Source: an uncultured Kingella sp.
Lineage (GTDB): Bacteria > Pseudomonadota > Gammaproteobacteria > Burkholderiales > Neisseriaceae
DNA length: 62,036 nucleotides
Direction of reading: 5' to 3'
NCBI GenBank assembly: GCA_916720425.1
Contig: CAKARD010000001.1
Coordinates: 1 to 62,036, forward strand
Under the pieces are notes generated by a model. That model had not been told where the DNA came from. It did not search any database and worked only from the letters and a program-made list of their open reading frames with translations. Made by a program: the position numbers and the translations under genes. Positions 18,541 through 28,014 of this stretch are shown here, one piece after another (positions within the stretch are counted from its first letter, which is position 1; every line of letters starts with the position of its first letter).

Positions 18541-18659
18541 ATTAATTACATCATCAAATAATTCAAATCCTCCGATTGTATGCCAATCAAAAAGCAAAAT
18601 GATATACTTTTACATCTGGTTCATTATGAGCCTAAACACACACAAGGAAGTATTTTTCT

Positions 18660-19442
18660 ATGAATGTTATTGCCGATGTGCAAAGTAGCCAAGATTTACG
18701 TAATATTCCGATCAATCAAGTGGGGATTAAAGATTTACGTTTTCCTATTCAATACCATAGCCAAACAGGTATACAACATAGTATTGCGCGTTTCACCATG
18801 ACCGTGTTTTTGCCTGAAACACAAAAGGGAACCCATATGTCACGTTTTGTGGCATTGCTAGAAGAGCAACAAAATCCTTTAGATTGGACTGTATTACATA
18901 CGTTGACTGAAAAAATGTTACAGCGTTTACAATCTCCAGCGGGAAAAATTACCGTTTCTTTTCCTTTTTTTCGGCAAAAAACAGCACCTATATCAGGGAT
19001 TAAGTCATTATTGGATTATGATATGACCCTTACTGGAGAGTTTACTGCTCAAGGACAATATTTTGGGACATTACAAGTGCAAATCCCTGTAACCAGTTTG
19101 TGTCCTTGTTCCAAAGAAATTTCACAATATGGTGCACACAATCAACGATCACATGTTACTGTCGCCTTATCTTGCCATGAAAAGACACCTATTACGGTGG
19201 AAGAAGTCATTAATTGGGTAGAAGATCAAGCATCGTGCCAATTATATGGTTTACTCAAGCGTCCTGATGAAAAATTTGTTACTGAACGGGCGTATGAAAA
19301 TCCTAAATTTGTAGAAGATATGGTACGAGATGTTGCCGCTATTTTACGTGATGATAAACGTATTACTGCATTTACGATTGAGAGTGAGAATTTTGAGTCC
19401 ATTCATAATCACTCTGCTTATGCCATAATTCAATACCCTTAA
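18660..19442 (+). CDS. folE2: GTP cyclohydrolase I type 2 (FolE2)
   Basis: 260 aa. N-terminal DVQSSQDLRNIPINQVGIKDLRFPI and CPCSKEIS motif. Confidence 0.9.
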   Translation: MNVIADVQSSQDLRNIPINQVGIKDLRFPIQYHSQTGIQHSIARFTMTVFLPETQKGTHMSRFVALLEEQQNPLDWTVLHTLTEKMLQRLQSPAGKITVSFPFFRQKTAPISGIKSLLDYDMTLTGEFTAQGQYFGTLQVQIPVTSLCPCSKEISQYGAHNQRSHVTVALSCHEKTPITVEEVINWVEDQASCQLYGLLKRPDEKFVTERAYENPKFVEDMVRDVAAILRDDKRITAFTIESENFESIHNHSAYAIIQYP

Positions 19443-19453
19443 TGGAGATAATC

Positions 19454-19705
19454 ATGATAGAACATCTTCCAGAAAAACAACGATTTGAATATCGTGAAAA
19501 TGAAAATATTGCTTATTTGTCCTACACGTTAGTAAATGGCATATGGACTGCAAAACATACAATTGTGCCAGAAGCATTAGGTGGTCGAGGGATTGCCACA
19601 CAGTTAGCGCAAGCAGCCTTAAATTGGGCAAACACACAAAATTATCATATAGAGGCAGAGTGTAGTTTTATGTCGCGATATTTACAAAAACATCCTTTGG
19701 GATAA
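19454..19705 (+). CDS. Small GNAT-like acetyltransferase (YjdJ type)
   Basis: 83 aa starting at the ATG that has a GGAGA RBS. GGRGIA motif. The ORF track starts 4 codons earlier, overlapping the folE2 stop. Confidence 0.7.
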   Translation: MIEHLPEKQRFEYRENENIAYLSYTLVNGIWTAKHTIVPEALGGRGIATQLAQAALNWANTQNYHIEAECSFMSRYLQKHPLG

Positions 19706-19710
19706 ATCAT

Positions 19711-20229
19711 ATGCAAGTCCAGCAGATTGCCACGCCATTGGGGCGGATGATAGTCGTGTGGAGTACATATGGTTTGTGTTTATTGGAGTTTGCTGATCAG
19801 GCACAATTGTCTCGTGAACTTAACACCATATCTCAAGCACGAAAGGGTCAGTGGGCGGTTGAACCGAATTGGCATATTCAGTTGCAAGATGAATTAGCAG
19901 ATTACTTTGCAGGCGTGCGTCAACAATTTACTGTTCCTTTAGATCCCATTGGCACACCCTTTCAATTGCGTGCGTGGCAAGCTTTGTGTGCGATTGAGTA
20001 TGGCAATACATGGTCATATAAACAGCAAGCACAGTATTTAGGCAATAAAAAAGCCAGTCGTGCTGTAGCTGCAGCTAATGGACAAAATAAAATTTCTATT
20101 ATCATTCCTTGTCATAGGGTGATTGGCAGTAATGGTACATTAACTGGTTATGCAGGTGGTTTAGCACGTAAGAAATTTTTATTAGAATTAGAGAGAAACA
20201 TCCCAAATAATTCAGTATTTGGGATGTAA
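19711..20229 (+). CDS. ogt: Methylated-DNA-protein-cysteine methyltransferase
   Basis: 172 aa with active-site IPCHRVIG. Confidence 0.88.
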   Translation: MQVQQIATPLGRMIVVWSTYGLCLLEFADQAQLSRELNTISQARKGQWAVEPNWHIQLQDELADYFAGVRQQFTVPLDPIGTPFQLRAWQALCAIEYGNTWSYKQQAQYLGNKKASRAVAAANGQNKISIIIPCHRVIGSNGTLTGYAGGLARKKFLLELERNIPNNSVFGM

Positions 20230-20237
20230 ATAACCAC

Positions 20238-20681
20238 TTAAGCAGAAGCTTGTGCTTGATTTTCTTGTGCTTGGTATAATGCATCAAAGTTAATTGGTGC
20301 GAGCAATACAGGAGGGAAGCCTGCACGAGTGATGGTGGAAGAAACCACTTCACGTGCGTAAGGGAATAGAATATTAGGACAAGAAACACCCAATAAGAGT
20401 TTGATGTCTTCTTCAGGAATGTTTTCTAAGTGAAAAATACCCGCTTGGGTAACTTCATTCAAAAATACCACACGGTTATCTTGCAATTTAGCTGTTACGG
20501 TAACCGTGATACTGCACTCATAAAAATTATCTTCAATTTTTTGGTTAGCAGTAGCAATGCGCATATCTACTTCAGGCACTTCTTGTTCCAAAAAGATTTG
20601 TGGTACATGAGGTGCTTCCAAAGAGATATCTTTAACATACAATTTCTCTACGCTAAATACGGGTTGTTTTTCTTCGCTCAT
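20238..20681 (-). CDS. secB: Protein-export chaperone SecB
   Basis: 147 aa, SecB-like throughout ([16 protein letters not shown]..., acidic C-terminal tail). Confidence 0.93.
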   Translation of the reverse strand: MSEEKQPVFSVEKLYVKDISLEAPHVPQIFLEQEVPEVDMRIATANQKIEDNFYECSITVTVTAKLQDNRVVFLNEVTQAGIFHLENIPEEDIKLLLGVSCPNILFPYAREVVSSTITRAGFPPVLLAPINFDALYQAQENQAQASA

Positions 20682-20748
20682 AATAATTTCCTGTTATTAG
20701 GGTTGATATGAAATGGGATTATACCTGTAATTAATAATTATGCGACAT

Positions 20749-20783
20749 AAAAAAACCGAATTCTATTATAGAATTCGGTTTTT
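20749..20783 (-). terminator. Intrinsic terminator of rmpM; symmetric, potentially bidirectional
   Basis: AAAAACCGAATTCTAT/ATAGAATTCGGTTTTT palindrome flanked by A and T runs. Confidence 0.8.
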
Positions 20784-20796
20784 AAGATTTCAATGA

Positions 20797-21480
20797 TTAT
20801 TGAACACGTTGTTGAATTTCGCGAGTAATCAAAGAGCGGATTTGAACATCTACGCGACGATCGGGTTCGATACATGCAATCAAAGCAGCACGTTTTTTCG
20901 CTTTAGATACTTTTTTACCTAATTTCGCTACTTCTGCTTGGCAAGTAGCTGTCATGCGTGCTTGGCTTTCACCCAAACCTACTGCAGAGATTTTTTCAGC
21001 AGGTACGCCTTGTTGTACTAAGTAATTAGCCACGGCATTGGCGCGACGTTCAGATAAGGCTTGGTTGTATTTTTCTGAACCCATAAAGTCGGTGTTACCT
21101 TCAACACGAACAGCTTGAACAGAAGTATCACGCAAACGTGATGCCAAGTCATTAAGTGTTTGAATGGCTTCTGGACGCAAGTTGGTTTTATCAAAACCAA
21201 ACAAGAATTCGGAACGTAAGTTAACGGTTTCGTTTTGTTCTACTGTTTCATATTGTGGTTGTTCAGTTTTAGGGCCTGGAGCCACATTACGATCACCACA
21301 TTCTGCTAAACCGTTTGCATCTTTATTTAAGTAGGTATTTTCCCAGCATTCATCGTAGTTGTTGCGAACAACTTCACCAGATTGTTCGCTTGTTGTATAA
21401 CCATGAATATCGTGCGCCATTGCACCCGCAGAAGCCAATAGGGCAGCAATCATTGCGCTTGCTTTAATTTGTTTAGTCAT
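20797..21480 (-). CDS. rmpM: OmpA-family peptidoglycan-binding outer-membrane protein, RmpM-like
   Basis: 227 aa. Collinear with the recalled Neisseria RmpM ([11 protein letters not shown]..., [37 protein letters not shown]). Confidence 0.85.
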   Translation of the reverse strand: MTKQIKASAMIAALLASAGAMAHDIHGYTTSEQSGEVVRNNYDECWENTYLNKDANGLAECGDRNVAPGPKTEQPQYETVEQNETVNLRSEFLFGFDKTNLRPEAIQTLNDLASRLRDTSVQAVRVEGNTDFMGSEKYNQALSERRANAVANYLVQQGVPAEKISAVGLGESQARMTATCQAEVAKLGKKVSKAKKRAALIACIEPDRRVDVQIRSLITREIQQRVQ

Positions 21481-21791
21481 TTTTGTTCCCTCATCAAGAA
21501 AATGATTGTGGCAAACGTTTAAAATTTAAGGCTCGCCACGTGTTTGAGATTTAGGCTGCTGCTTGTGGGCAGGCGCAAACCCAAATTTAACCAAATAATA
21601 CTATAAGAATTTGACCCGTATTTGTCAATACAGATAACTTGTTAATCTTAATTATAACATGAAACCATAGCGACAAGTTACTGTTATGTGCGGATTATTT
21701 GCTTTGTGCATCATTGTTGCGTATAGACAACAGTCTTTTTGTGTAACTTGTGCTAAATTTGTATCTTAATCTCTGTTGGATGAATACGCTC

Positions 21792-22736
21792 ATGAAATTA
21801 CAACAATTACGCTATGCGGTGGAGGTGTTTCGCCGTAACTTAAATGTGTCTGATGCTGCTGATGCTTTGTTTACTTCACAACCTGGAGTGTCTAAACAAA
21901 TTCGCTTATTAGAAGAGGAATTAGGTGTTCAAATTTTTATCCGCAATGGAAAACGAATTGTGTCGGTAACCCCTGCTGGGACAGCGGTTTTGGAAACGGC
22001 TGAACGTATTTTGCGTGATGTACAAAGTATACGACATATTGGTAATGAATTTTCTCAGTTGAATAAAGGAGTGTTCATTATTGCGGCAACTCACGCTTTA
22101 TTACGTTTTGGTTTGCCTGCGGTGATTGAACGTTTTAAAACTGTGTTTACAGAGGTGCAAGTCATGCTCAAGCAAGGCACACCCGCACAAATTGTGTCAT
22201 GGGTCAATGAGGGAGAAGTGGATTTAGCACTGGTCAATGATGTTGTGGAGGATTTGGCCAACATTAAAAAATTACCTTGTGGAGCATGGCATTATGTAGT
22301 GGTTATGTCGCCATCTCATCCATTGGCACAAGCATCATTGTCTTTATCCGATATCGCTAACTATCCTTTATTAACTTATGATTCAACATTTGCCACAGGA
22401 TCTTTGGCATCACGTGCTTTTTTACGTACAGATATACCCCATTGTCAGGTGGCTTTTGAAAGTAATGATGCACAAGTTTTATTACAATATGCGCGGTTGG
22501 GTTTGGGCATAGCATTGTTGGATAATACGGCGGTGCAGTCTTTGTCTACTGATGGTTTGGTGGTGCGTCATGTTGGGCATTTGTTTGCGCCTGCACAATA
22601 TTATGTTTTGTTGCGTGATGATGCATTAGTACGGAGTTATGTGTATGACTTTATGGTAATGGTAGATGATAAGCTAACACGTGAAACCGTGGATAAATGG
22701 CTTTATGCCCCAGCTGTGGTAGATTTTTCTATTTAG
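21792..22736 (+). CDS. cysB: LysR-family regulator, CysB-like
   Basis: Start set at MKLQQLRYAVEV...SQPGVSKQIRLLEEELG. Strong N-terminal resemblance to E. coli CysB. The ORF track extends 14 codons further upstream. Confidence 0.8.
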   Translation: MKLQQLRYAVEVFRRNLNVSDAADALFTSQPGVSKQIRLLEEELGVQIFIRNGKRIVSVTPAGTAVLETAERILRDVQSIRHIGNEFSQLNKGVFIIAATHALLRFGLPAVIERFKTVFTEVQVMLKQGTPAQIVSWVNEGEVDLALVNDVVEDLANIKKLPCGAWHYVVVMSPSHPLAQASLSLSDIANYPLLTYDSTFATGSLASRAFLRTDIPHCQVAFESNDAQVLLQYARLGLGIALLDNTAVQSLSTDGLVVRHVGHLFAPAQYYVLLRDDALVRSYVYDFMVMVDDKLTRETVDKWLYAPAVVDFSI

Positions 22737-22744
22737 GCTGAAAA

Positions 22745-23887
22745 ATGAATGGGATAAAAATATTAAATAATTATCGTATAGTCCATTTTATACGTTTTAT
22801 CATGCGTCGATTTGAAGAAGCGGAAATTGTGCAAGTGGCGGGGAGCTTAACATTTACTACATTGTTAGCATTGGTGCCATTATTGGTGGTGATGTTGAGT
22901 GTGGTAGCCGCTTTTCCCATGTTTAATGATTGGCTCAATGCATTCACTTCGTTTATTAATCGTATGATAGTGCCTAGTGGAGCCAGTGTAGTAGCAGATT
23001 ATTTAGCCAGTTTTAAAGCCAAAACTGGTCAATTAACCGCAGTAGGTATTGTGGGCATGGTGATGACATCGTTATTACTTTTGCAAACCATGGAACAAAC
23101 GTTCAATCGCATTTGGCGAGTAGAACAACAGCGTTCGTGGTGGATACGTTTTCCTATGTATTGGTTATTGTTAACCATAGGTCCCTTAGCGGCGGGGTTT
23201 AGCTTGTCGGTTTCAGCTTATATGCATATTGAACAAGGCTGGTTTTTAGTCAAAATGAATCTGTTGTGGCAGATTTTATACGATACTTTATTTTTATCAA
23301 TACTGTATCGTTTGTTGCCCAACTGTCGTGTGATGACACATCACGCTTTATTAGGAGCACTCATTACTTCGTGTGGCTTAGAAGTAGCCAAATGGGGGTT
23401 TGGGGTATATATAGCTAATTTTAATAGCTACACATTGATTTATGGTGCATTCGCGGTCATACCTGTATTTTTAGTATGGCTTCATTTACTATGGATGATT
23501 ATGTTAAGTGGCGCATTGTTGACAGCTTGTATTGCTTATTGGCGCAGCGATTTATTGGTGCAATCGACACGATATACGGTATCTTGGCGTGATGTGATGA
23601 TGACATTAAGCCATTTAGCGCAAGCACAACAGCAAGGTAAAGTATTATCTTTCAATGATTTATTAAGCTATGTTTATGAACCACAAAAGGTATTGTGTAC
23701 ATTAGAAAATTGGGGCTATGTGGCACAAAGTCGTACAGGTTGGTTATTGAAATCCACCCCAGAACAAATTAGCCTTGCCCCAATTTTTCGACAACTTATC
23801 GGTGAAGATAGAATTTTGCAAAATGAGTTGGCACAATTGGAATGTTTAAGTTTGCAAGATTATATACAGCAGCAAACTGATCCCTAG
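22745..23887 (+). CDS. YihY/BrkB-family membrane protein with a C-terminal extension
   Basis: 380 aa. AGSLTFTTLLALVPLL signature and 6 TM. Confidence 0.8.
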   Translation: MNGIKILNNYRIVHFIRFIMRRFEEAEIVQVAGSLTFTTLLALVPLLVVMLSVVAAFPMFNDWLNAFTSFINRMIVPSGASVVADYLASFKAKTGQLTAVGIVGMVMTSLLLLQTMEQTFNRIWRVEQQRSWWIRFPMYWLLLTIGPLAAGFSLSVSAYMHIEQGWFLVKMNLLWQILYDTLFLSILYRLLPNCRVMTHHALLGALITSCGLEVAKWGFGVYIANFNSYTLIYGAFAVIPVFLVWLHLLWMIMLSGALLTACIAYWRSDLLVQSTRYTVSWRDVMMTLSHLAQAQQQGKVLSFNDLLSYVYEPQKVLCTLENWGYVAQSRTGWLLKSTPEQISLAPIFRQLIGEDRILQNELAQLECLSLQDYIQQQTDP

Positions 23888-24489
23888 TGCGCCTGTATGG
23901 TTTGCAATATTGCTTTTAGATTTTGTTGGACTTGTGTTATGTCCAGCCAATTAACTGAAAAGAACAAGAAAGCAAATACCATAATCAATCCAGTGCTTAA
24001 AACCCAATAGACTAAATACATCATGATGACACGTGATGGACGCTGTTGGCTTTGTATGAGAAAACCCAATGCTTGTGCCCAAAATGCCCAAATATTCCAT
24101 AACAGCATGGGAAAAGCCAAGGGCGCAAAGGCATAAACAAGCAAGTTAGGTATGGTCAACGCCTCGCCTGCCAATACATAGCCTATGTAAGGCAAACGTT
24201 TGTCTGTTTTTGCATGTGGCAATAAATCACGCGATACCCGAGACAAAACCACAAAACGTGTTAATCCTACCAACATGCCAAAAGCAATGGCACCAAAATG
24301 GTTACCTAAAAGTGGCAATAAACTCACCGCATTGACCACGCAAATCCCCAATATCACCGCTAAAAAAACAGGTAAGCCATATAAATATTGAATGGGGGTA
24401 TGGCGATAACGCAGACGCATGATATACCACGCATCGCGTACCAAATCATCTAAATTGGCATTAAGAAGAATAACAAATTTAATATCCAT
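23884..24489 (-). CDS. Hypothetical polytopic membrane protein (possibly Yip1-like)
   Basis: 201 aa with 5 predicted TM. No confident family assignment. Its stop overlaps the stop of the convergent yihY-family gene at CTAG. Confidence 0.5.
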   Translation of the reverse strand: MDIKFVILLNANLDDLVRDAWYIMRLRYRHTPIQYLYGLPVFLAVILGICVVNAVSLLPLLGNHFGAIAFGMLVGLTRFVVLSRVSRDLLPHAKTDKRLPYIGYVLAGEALTIPNLLVYAFAPLAFPMLLWNIWAFWAQALGFLIQSQQRPSRVIMMYLVYWVLSTGLIMVFAFLFFSVNWLDITQVQQNLKAILQTIQAH

Positions 24490-24500
24490 TAACTATCCAT

Positions 24501-24529
24501 ATAAAATAAAAGGCGGAGAAATATCCGCC
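24501..24529 (-). terminator. Intrinsic terminator after the DUF442 gene
   Basis: Stem GGCGGA/TCCGCC, followed on the minus strand by TTTTATTTTAT. Confidence 0.65.
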
Positions 24530-24541
24530 CTGTGATACCAA

Positions 24542-24979
24542 TTAGCCACGTTTATCATAGGTTATTTGTAGGCGTGGGCGCAAAGGTTCCAAATTAATAC
24601 CCGCTAATTCTGCGGCTTTAATGACACTATTAACTTCTACGCCACGTTTAACTTGGTTTAATGCCCAAAGCATAGAAGATCGTGTCCCTGAGCGACAATA
24701 AGCCAAAATAGGAGCAGGGGATTTGGCTACGGTTTCTTGAAATTCTGCTAAAGCTGCATCATCAATGCCATCCATCACTACAGGCATATAAATCACATTT
24801 TCCACTCCTGCATTGTGCAGCCAAGCTTTTACGGTTTCAAAGCTAGGTTGATTGGGTTCTTCATCGTCGGGACGATTGCAAATAACAGTTTTAATGCCAT
24901 ATGAAGGAACGCGTTTAGCAAAGCGTTCATCTAGTTGTTTAGAAACATATAAATAATCTGCAATTTTTTCAATAGCCAT
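24542..24979 (-). CDS. DUF442 / TIGR01244-type non-classical phosphatase-fold protein
   Basis: 145 aa. ICNRPDDEEPNQP and AYCRSGTRSS loop, as in the N. meningitidis NMA1982-type family (from memory). Confidence 0.7.
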   Translation of the reverse strand: MAIEKIADYLYVSKQLDERFAKRVPSYGIKTVICNRPDDEEPNQPSFETVKAWLHNAGVENVIYMPVVMDGIDDAALAEFQETVAKSPAPILAYCRSGTRSSMLWALNQVKRGVEVNSVIKAAELAGINLEPLRPRLQITYDKRG

Positions 24980-25061
24980 GGTATCTTTCCTTGTTCGTTT
25001 GCATAACGGTCAAAGTCGTCTATTTTAAATGGTTTTTTAGCCACGTGAAATATTTTTATTT

Positions 25062-26060
25062 TTAAGGGGTGGTTTTGATACCATATAGCACATCTAAATC
25101 ATACTTTGGACTAAAATGTTTTTCTTTGACTTGATATTGTACGACTTTATCGTTTTGTAATACTGTTTTTACTTTCCCTTTCCCTTTCCAACAAAAAGAG
25201 ATAATTTGATCTTTGGGTTTTTCAATAGTAAGCGTAAAATCTTCTATTGGTTTTGCCCAGTTTGCACCCGTTTTGAGAATGTAACCCAGTTCACGATAGT
25301 AGTAGGTGTTTTGATTAGCTCTTGCTTTCACTGATTGTTTAAAGGCAGAATCAATACAATAGGCATTAGTAAATTTTTTGAAGTTGATCAAATCGGCTAA
25401 ACCCAGTCCGCCTCCTACTAAAGGTTGATATTCGTGATAAATTTTGGTGATTGCATTGGCTTTAAAGGTTTGTTGCCAACTATAAATAATTTGTCCACCC
25501 CATACAATATCTCCATTGTCTTCCGCAGTTTTATATGTAAATTTAGCAAGGCGCGGATCTTGACATTTTAAGATTTTTTGATTTGCTGAGTCGGATTTAC
25601 GCAACCAAGGTTCCATTAATTCTTCTTCATTTAAGCCGCAGGCGCGGAGAATTTCAGTAACGTCGTGAGAAACAGATTTTCTTTTCTCTTCATCATCTGC
25701 ATTTTGGGTTTCATAAAAGAAAGCACGTACGTGAGTAGTCGGTTTAATTTCTTTACCATTTGCATAAACTTTAAACGAATTGATTAAACTTTGGGTATCG
25801 GCAAAAGGACTGTAATCGTCTAGCATTACTTCTGGTAATGGGAACAACACGGTCTCAGTAATGTCTTTATCGGTTAGATTGCGATATTCATAAGCTACTT
25901 TAATTTTATCTTGACTGATAAACAGATTTTCTTTTTGCATGACAATCTTTTCATTTTTGATGTATTCCACGCCACCTGTTGAAACGCTTCCTGTACCGTC
26001 ATTGGCATAAGATATTAAAGGTAGGCAGAGTATGGTAGAAAAAATTAGAATTTGTTTCAT
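25062..26060 (-). CDS. Secreted DUF4424-like protein
   Basis: Start set at MKQILIFSTILCLPLISYA (signal peptide, AAGGA RBS). The remaining 121 codons of the tracked ORF run antisense through the ydcH-like gene and are rejected. Confidence 0.7.
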   Translation of the reverse strand: MKQILIFSTILCLPLISYANDGTGSVSTGGVEYIKNEKIVMQKENLFISQDKIKVAYEYRNLTDKDITETVLFPLPEVMLDDYSPFADTQSLINSFKVYANGKEIKPTTHVRAFFYETQNADDEEKRKSVSHDVTEILRACGLNEEELMEPWLRKSDSANQKILKCQDPRLAKFTYKTAEDNGDIVWGGQIIYSWQQTFKANAITKIYHEYQPLVGGGLGLADLINFKKFTNAYCIDSAFKQSVKARANQNTYYYRELGYILKTGANWAKPIEDFTLTIEKPKDQIISFCWKGKGKVKTVLQNDKVVQYQVKEKHFSPKYDLDVLYGIKTTP

Positions 26061-26160
26061 ATTGGTTCCTTTATAAAAAGATATAGTCAACATACTTATT
26101 TTATTATACAATAATTGATATATACTGTTTTTCCCCGCTAACTTATAAAAGGAAATCATC

Positions 26161-26385
26161 ATGTTCCCAGAATTTCGCGAATTAATTAGTAAATTAAAAG
26201 TGGAAGACGCGCATTTTGCTCGTTTGTTTAATGAACACAATGATTTAGATGAAGAAATCAAGAAATTAGAAAACGATATTGTAAGTAATACCAATGCTGC
26301 TGATGAAATCCACAAGTTAAAACAAAAAAAATTAGCTTTAAAAGATGAGTTGTATAGCTTGTTGAAAAAAGCTTCAGGTAAATAA
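26161..26385 (+). CDS. YdcH-like DUF465 small coiled-coil protein
   Basis: 74 aa with FRELISKLKVEDAHFARLFNEHNDLDEEI, typical of DUF465. Confidence 0.75.
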   Translation: MFPEFRELISKLKVEDAHFARLFNEHNDLDEEIKKLENDIVSNTNAADEIHKLKQKKLALKDELYSLLKKASGK

Positions 26386-26394
26386 AATCTAAAA

Positions 26395-26428
26395 AAATGC
26401 ACGTTGTTCAACACAACGTGCATTTCTT
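26395..26428. terminator. Bidirectional terminator between the ydcH-like gene and thiB
   Basis: 13-bp stem AAATGCACGTTGT/ACAACGTGCATTT flanked by A7 and a T-rich tract. Confidence 0.75.
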
Positions 26429-26430
26429 AT

Positions 26431-27435
26431 TTAGCGTAAAACCGTTTTTGTCCAACGTTCTATCCAAGTTTTTTGCTTACTATTAATTTGTTGTGCAGGC
26501 AATGTTTTCCCATCTTTGGGAACACTGGCATAAGCCATGGCGGCATTAGGGCGTGTATTCTTTACGGCAGGATAAACCCACATTGAAGTGAATACCGCTT
26601 CTTGCACATGAGAGCTTTGTAAATATTGTGCTAATTTCGCAGCCAGTTCAGGTTGTTTGGCATGATTGAGTACGGCTACACCTTCTATTTGAAGATAACT
26701 GCTACCGTTGAGGAATAAATTGCCCATATTAGGTGTGGTCAATTTTCCTTTACTATAAAATACTTCAGCGGCAGGACTACTGGCATAGCCTACCATAATT
26801 GGGCGTGTTCCACCATTTAGAGTAAACTCTGTGTAATAAGCTTCACTCCAACCCTTAGTAATTTTGACACCATTTTGACGCATTTTTTGCCACCAGTTAA
26901 ATGCACCTTCTTCCCCCATGGCGCGAATATTGGCAAACAAAAAACCTAGCGCGGGTGTAGAAGTGGCAGGGTTGGGGCTAACCAATAGATCTTTGTATTG
27001 TGGTTTGGTTAAATCTTCCAGAGTTTTAGGTAAAGGAATATTATGTTCGGCAAACCATTTTTTATCATAATTGAGAGTAATAAAACCATAATCTATGGCT
27101 AATGCATGTTGAATAGATACCGTAGTAGGGACACTTTTGGGTTGAGTTGTCGCCAAAATACCTGCTTGTTGTGCTTTGCTACTGGTATTATTATCTAAGC
27201 CATATACCAAATCAGCTAAGGGTGATTGTTTGGTTAAAATTAAGCGATTGAGCATTTCATTCCCATCACCCATTTTAATCACGACCACTTTGGCATCATT
27301 GGCTTGTTCAAACGGTTTTATGACCGATTCAGGTAAATCGTAACTATCATGGACGGCTAAGCGCACCTCAGTAACAGCTAAAGCTTGTGTAGAAATAAGA
27401 GTTAATATACTAATAAATAATGTTTTATTAAACAT
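26431..27435 (-). CDS. thiB: Thiamine ABC transporter periplasmic binding protein
   Basis: 334 aa with a signal peptide and ThiB/TbpA-like sequence. Preceded by a TPP riboswitch. No thiP or thiQ downstream. Confidence 0.8.
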   Translation of the reverse strand: MFNKTLFISILTLISTQALAVTEVRLAVHDSYDLPESVIKPFEQANDAKVVVIKMGDGNEMLNRLILTKQSPLADLVYGLDNNTSSKAQQAGILATTQPKSVPTTVSIQHALAIDYGFITLNYDKKWFAEHNIPLPKTLEDLTKPQYKDLLVSPNPATSTPALGFLFANIRAMGEEGAFNWWQKMRQNGVKITKGWSEAYYTEFTLNGGTRPIMVGYASSPAAEVFYSKGKLTTPNMGNLFLNGSSYLQIEGVAVLNHAKQPELAAKLAQYLQSSHVQEAVFTSMWVYPAVKNTRPNAAMAYASVPKDGKTLPAQQINSKQKTWIERWTKTVLR

Positions 27436-27448
27436 TTTTTTCTCCTAA

Positions 27449-27570
27449 ATAAAAAAGGTTGCATGAAATTATCAGGCAACCTTGTTCTCCGTTCCCTATG
27501 ACAGCATTATCTGTCAGGTTCAACGGGTATTTCTCAGCCGTATATTATATGTATACAGCACCCCGACTTA
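27449..27570 (-). promoter_or_regulatory. TPP (THI-box) riboswitch with terminator-type expression platform
   Basis: The minus strand reads GGGGTGC...GGCTGAGAAATACCCGTTGAACCTGACAGATAATGCTGTCATAGGGAA. This is followed by hairpin AAGGTTGC/GCAACCTT plus T6, then AGGAG and the thiB ATG. Confidence 0.85.
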
Positions 27571-27705
27571 ATCTTTTTGTATTATATTAAAAAAGTCCCG
27601 CTCTTGCCAGAGGTGATTATTAATATGTTAAATTGAAATAGGATGATTTGGATTTTGATGGGAAAATAACGTGATACATAGATATTTTAATCTATTATAG
27701 ATGTG

Positions 27706-27735
27706 AAAAAATCCTACTCATAAAAAGTAGGATTT
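27706..27735 (-). terminator. Intrinsic terminator of the tRNA-Arg/tRNA-Glu unit
   Basis: Stem AAATCCTACT/AGTAGGATTT, followed on the minus strand by T6. Lies 8 nt after the tRNA-Glu 3' end. Confidence 0.75.
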
Positions 27736-27743
27736 AATAAACT

Positions 27744-27818
27744 TGGTACGCCCAAGGGGAATCGAACCCCTGTTACCGCCGTGAAAGGGCGATGTCCTAA
27801 CCGCTAGACGATGGGCGC
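27744..27818 (-). tRNA. tRNA-Glu (UUC)
   Basis: Reverse complement GCGCCCATCGTCTAGCGGTTAGGACATCGCCCTTTCACGGCGGTAACAGGGGTTCGATTCCCCTTGGGCGTACCA. Cloverleaf with UUC anticodon loop and encoded CCA. Confidence 0.95.
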
Positions 27819-27825
27819 AAATTCT

Positions 27826-27902
27826 TGGCGCACCCGGAGCGATTCGAACGCCCGACCCTTTGGTTCGTAGCCAAATACTCTATCCAACTGAGCTACGGGT
27901 GC
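27826..27902 (-). tRNA. tRNA-Arg (ACG)
   Basis: Reverse complement GCACCCGTAGCTCAGTTGGATAGAGTATTTGGCTACGAACCAAAGGGTCGGGCGTTCGAATCGCTCCGGGTGCGCCA, with anticodon ACG. Confidence 0.95.
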
Positions 27903-28014
27903 CATGCAATCAAGAAAGGTTGAATTATGCCAAATTGTTGCTATCTTGTAAAGAGATAAAAAGTATATTTTTTATTCTATATTTTAACTATTTGTTTTTT
28001 AAATATAAATATTT

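Noticed and set aside
23884-23887. Convergent genes sharing overlapping stop codons at the palindrome CTAG
   Set aside because: This is a curiosity of compact gene packing, with no evidence of function.
26061-26423. A 121-codon N-terminal extension of the DUF4424 ORF (tracked as 25062-26423) that overlaps the ydcH-like gene in antisense
   Set aside because: The extension is low-complexity and hydrophobic-poor. It lacks an RBS and runs antisense through a well-conserved DUF465 gene. An internal ATG at 26060 has an AAGGA RBS and starts a classic signal peptide.
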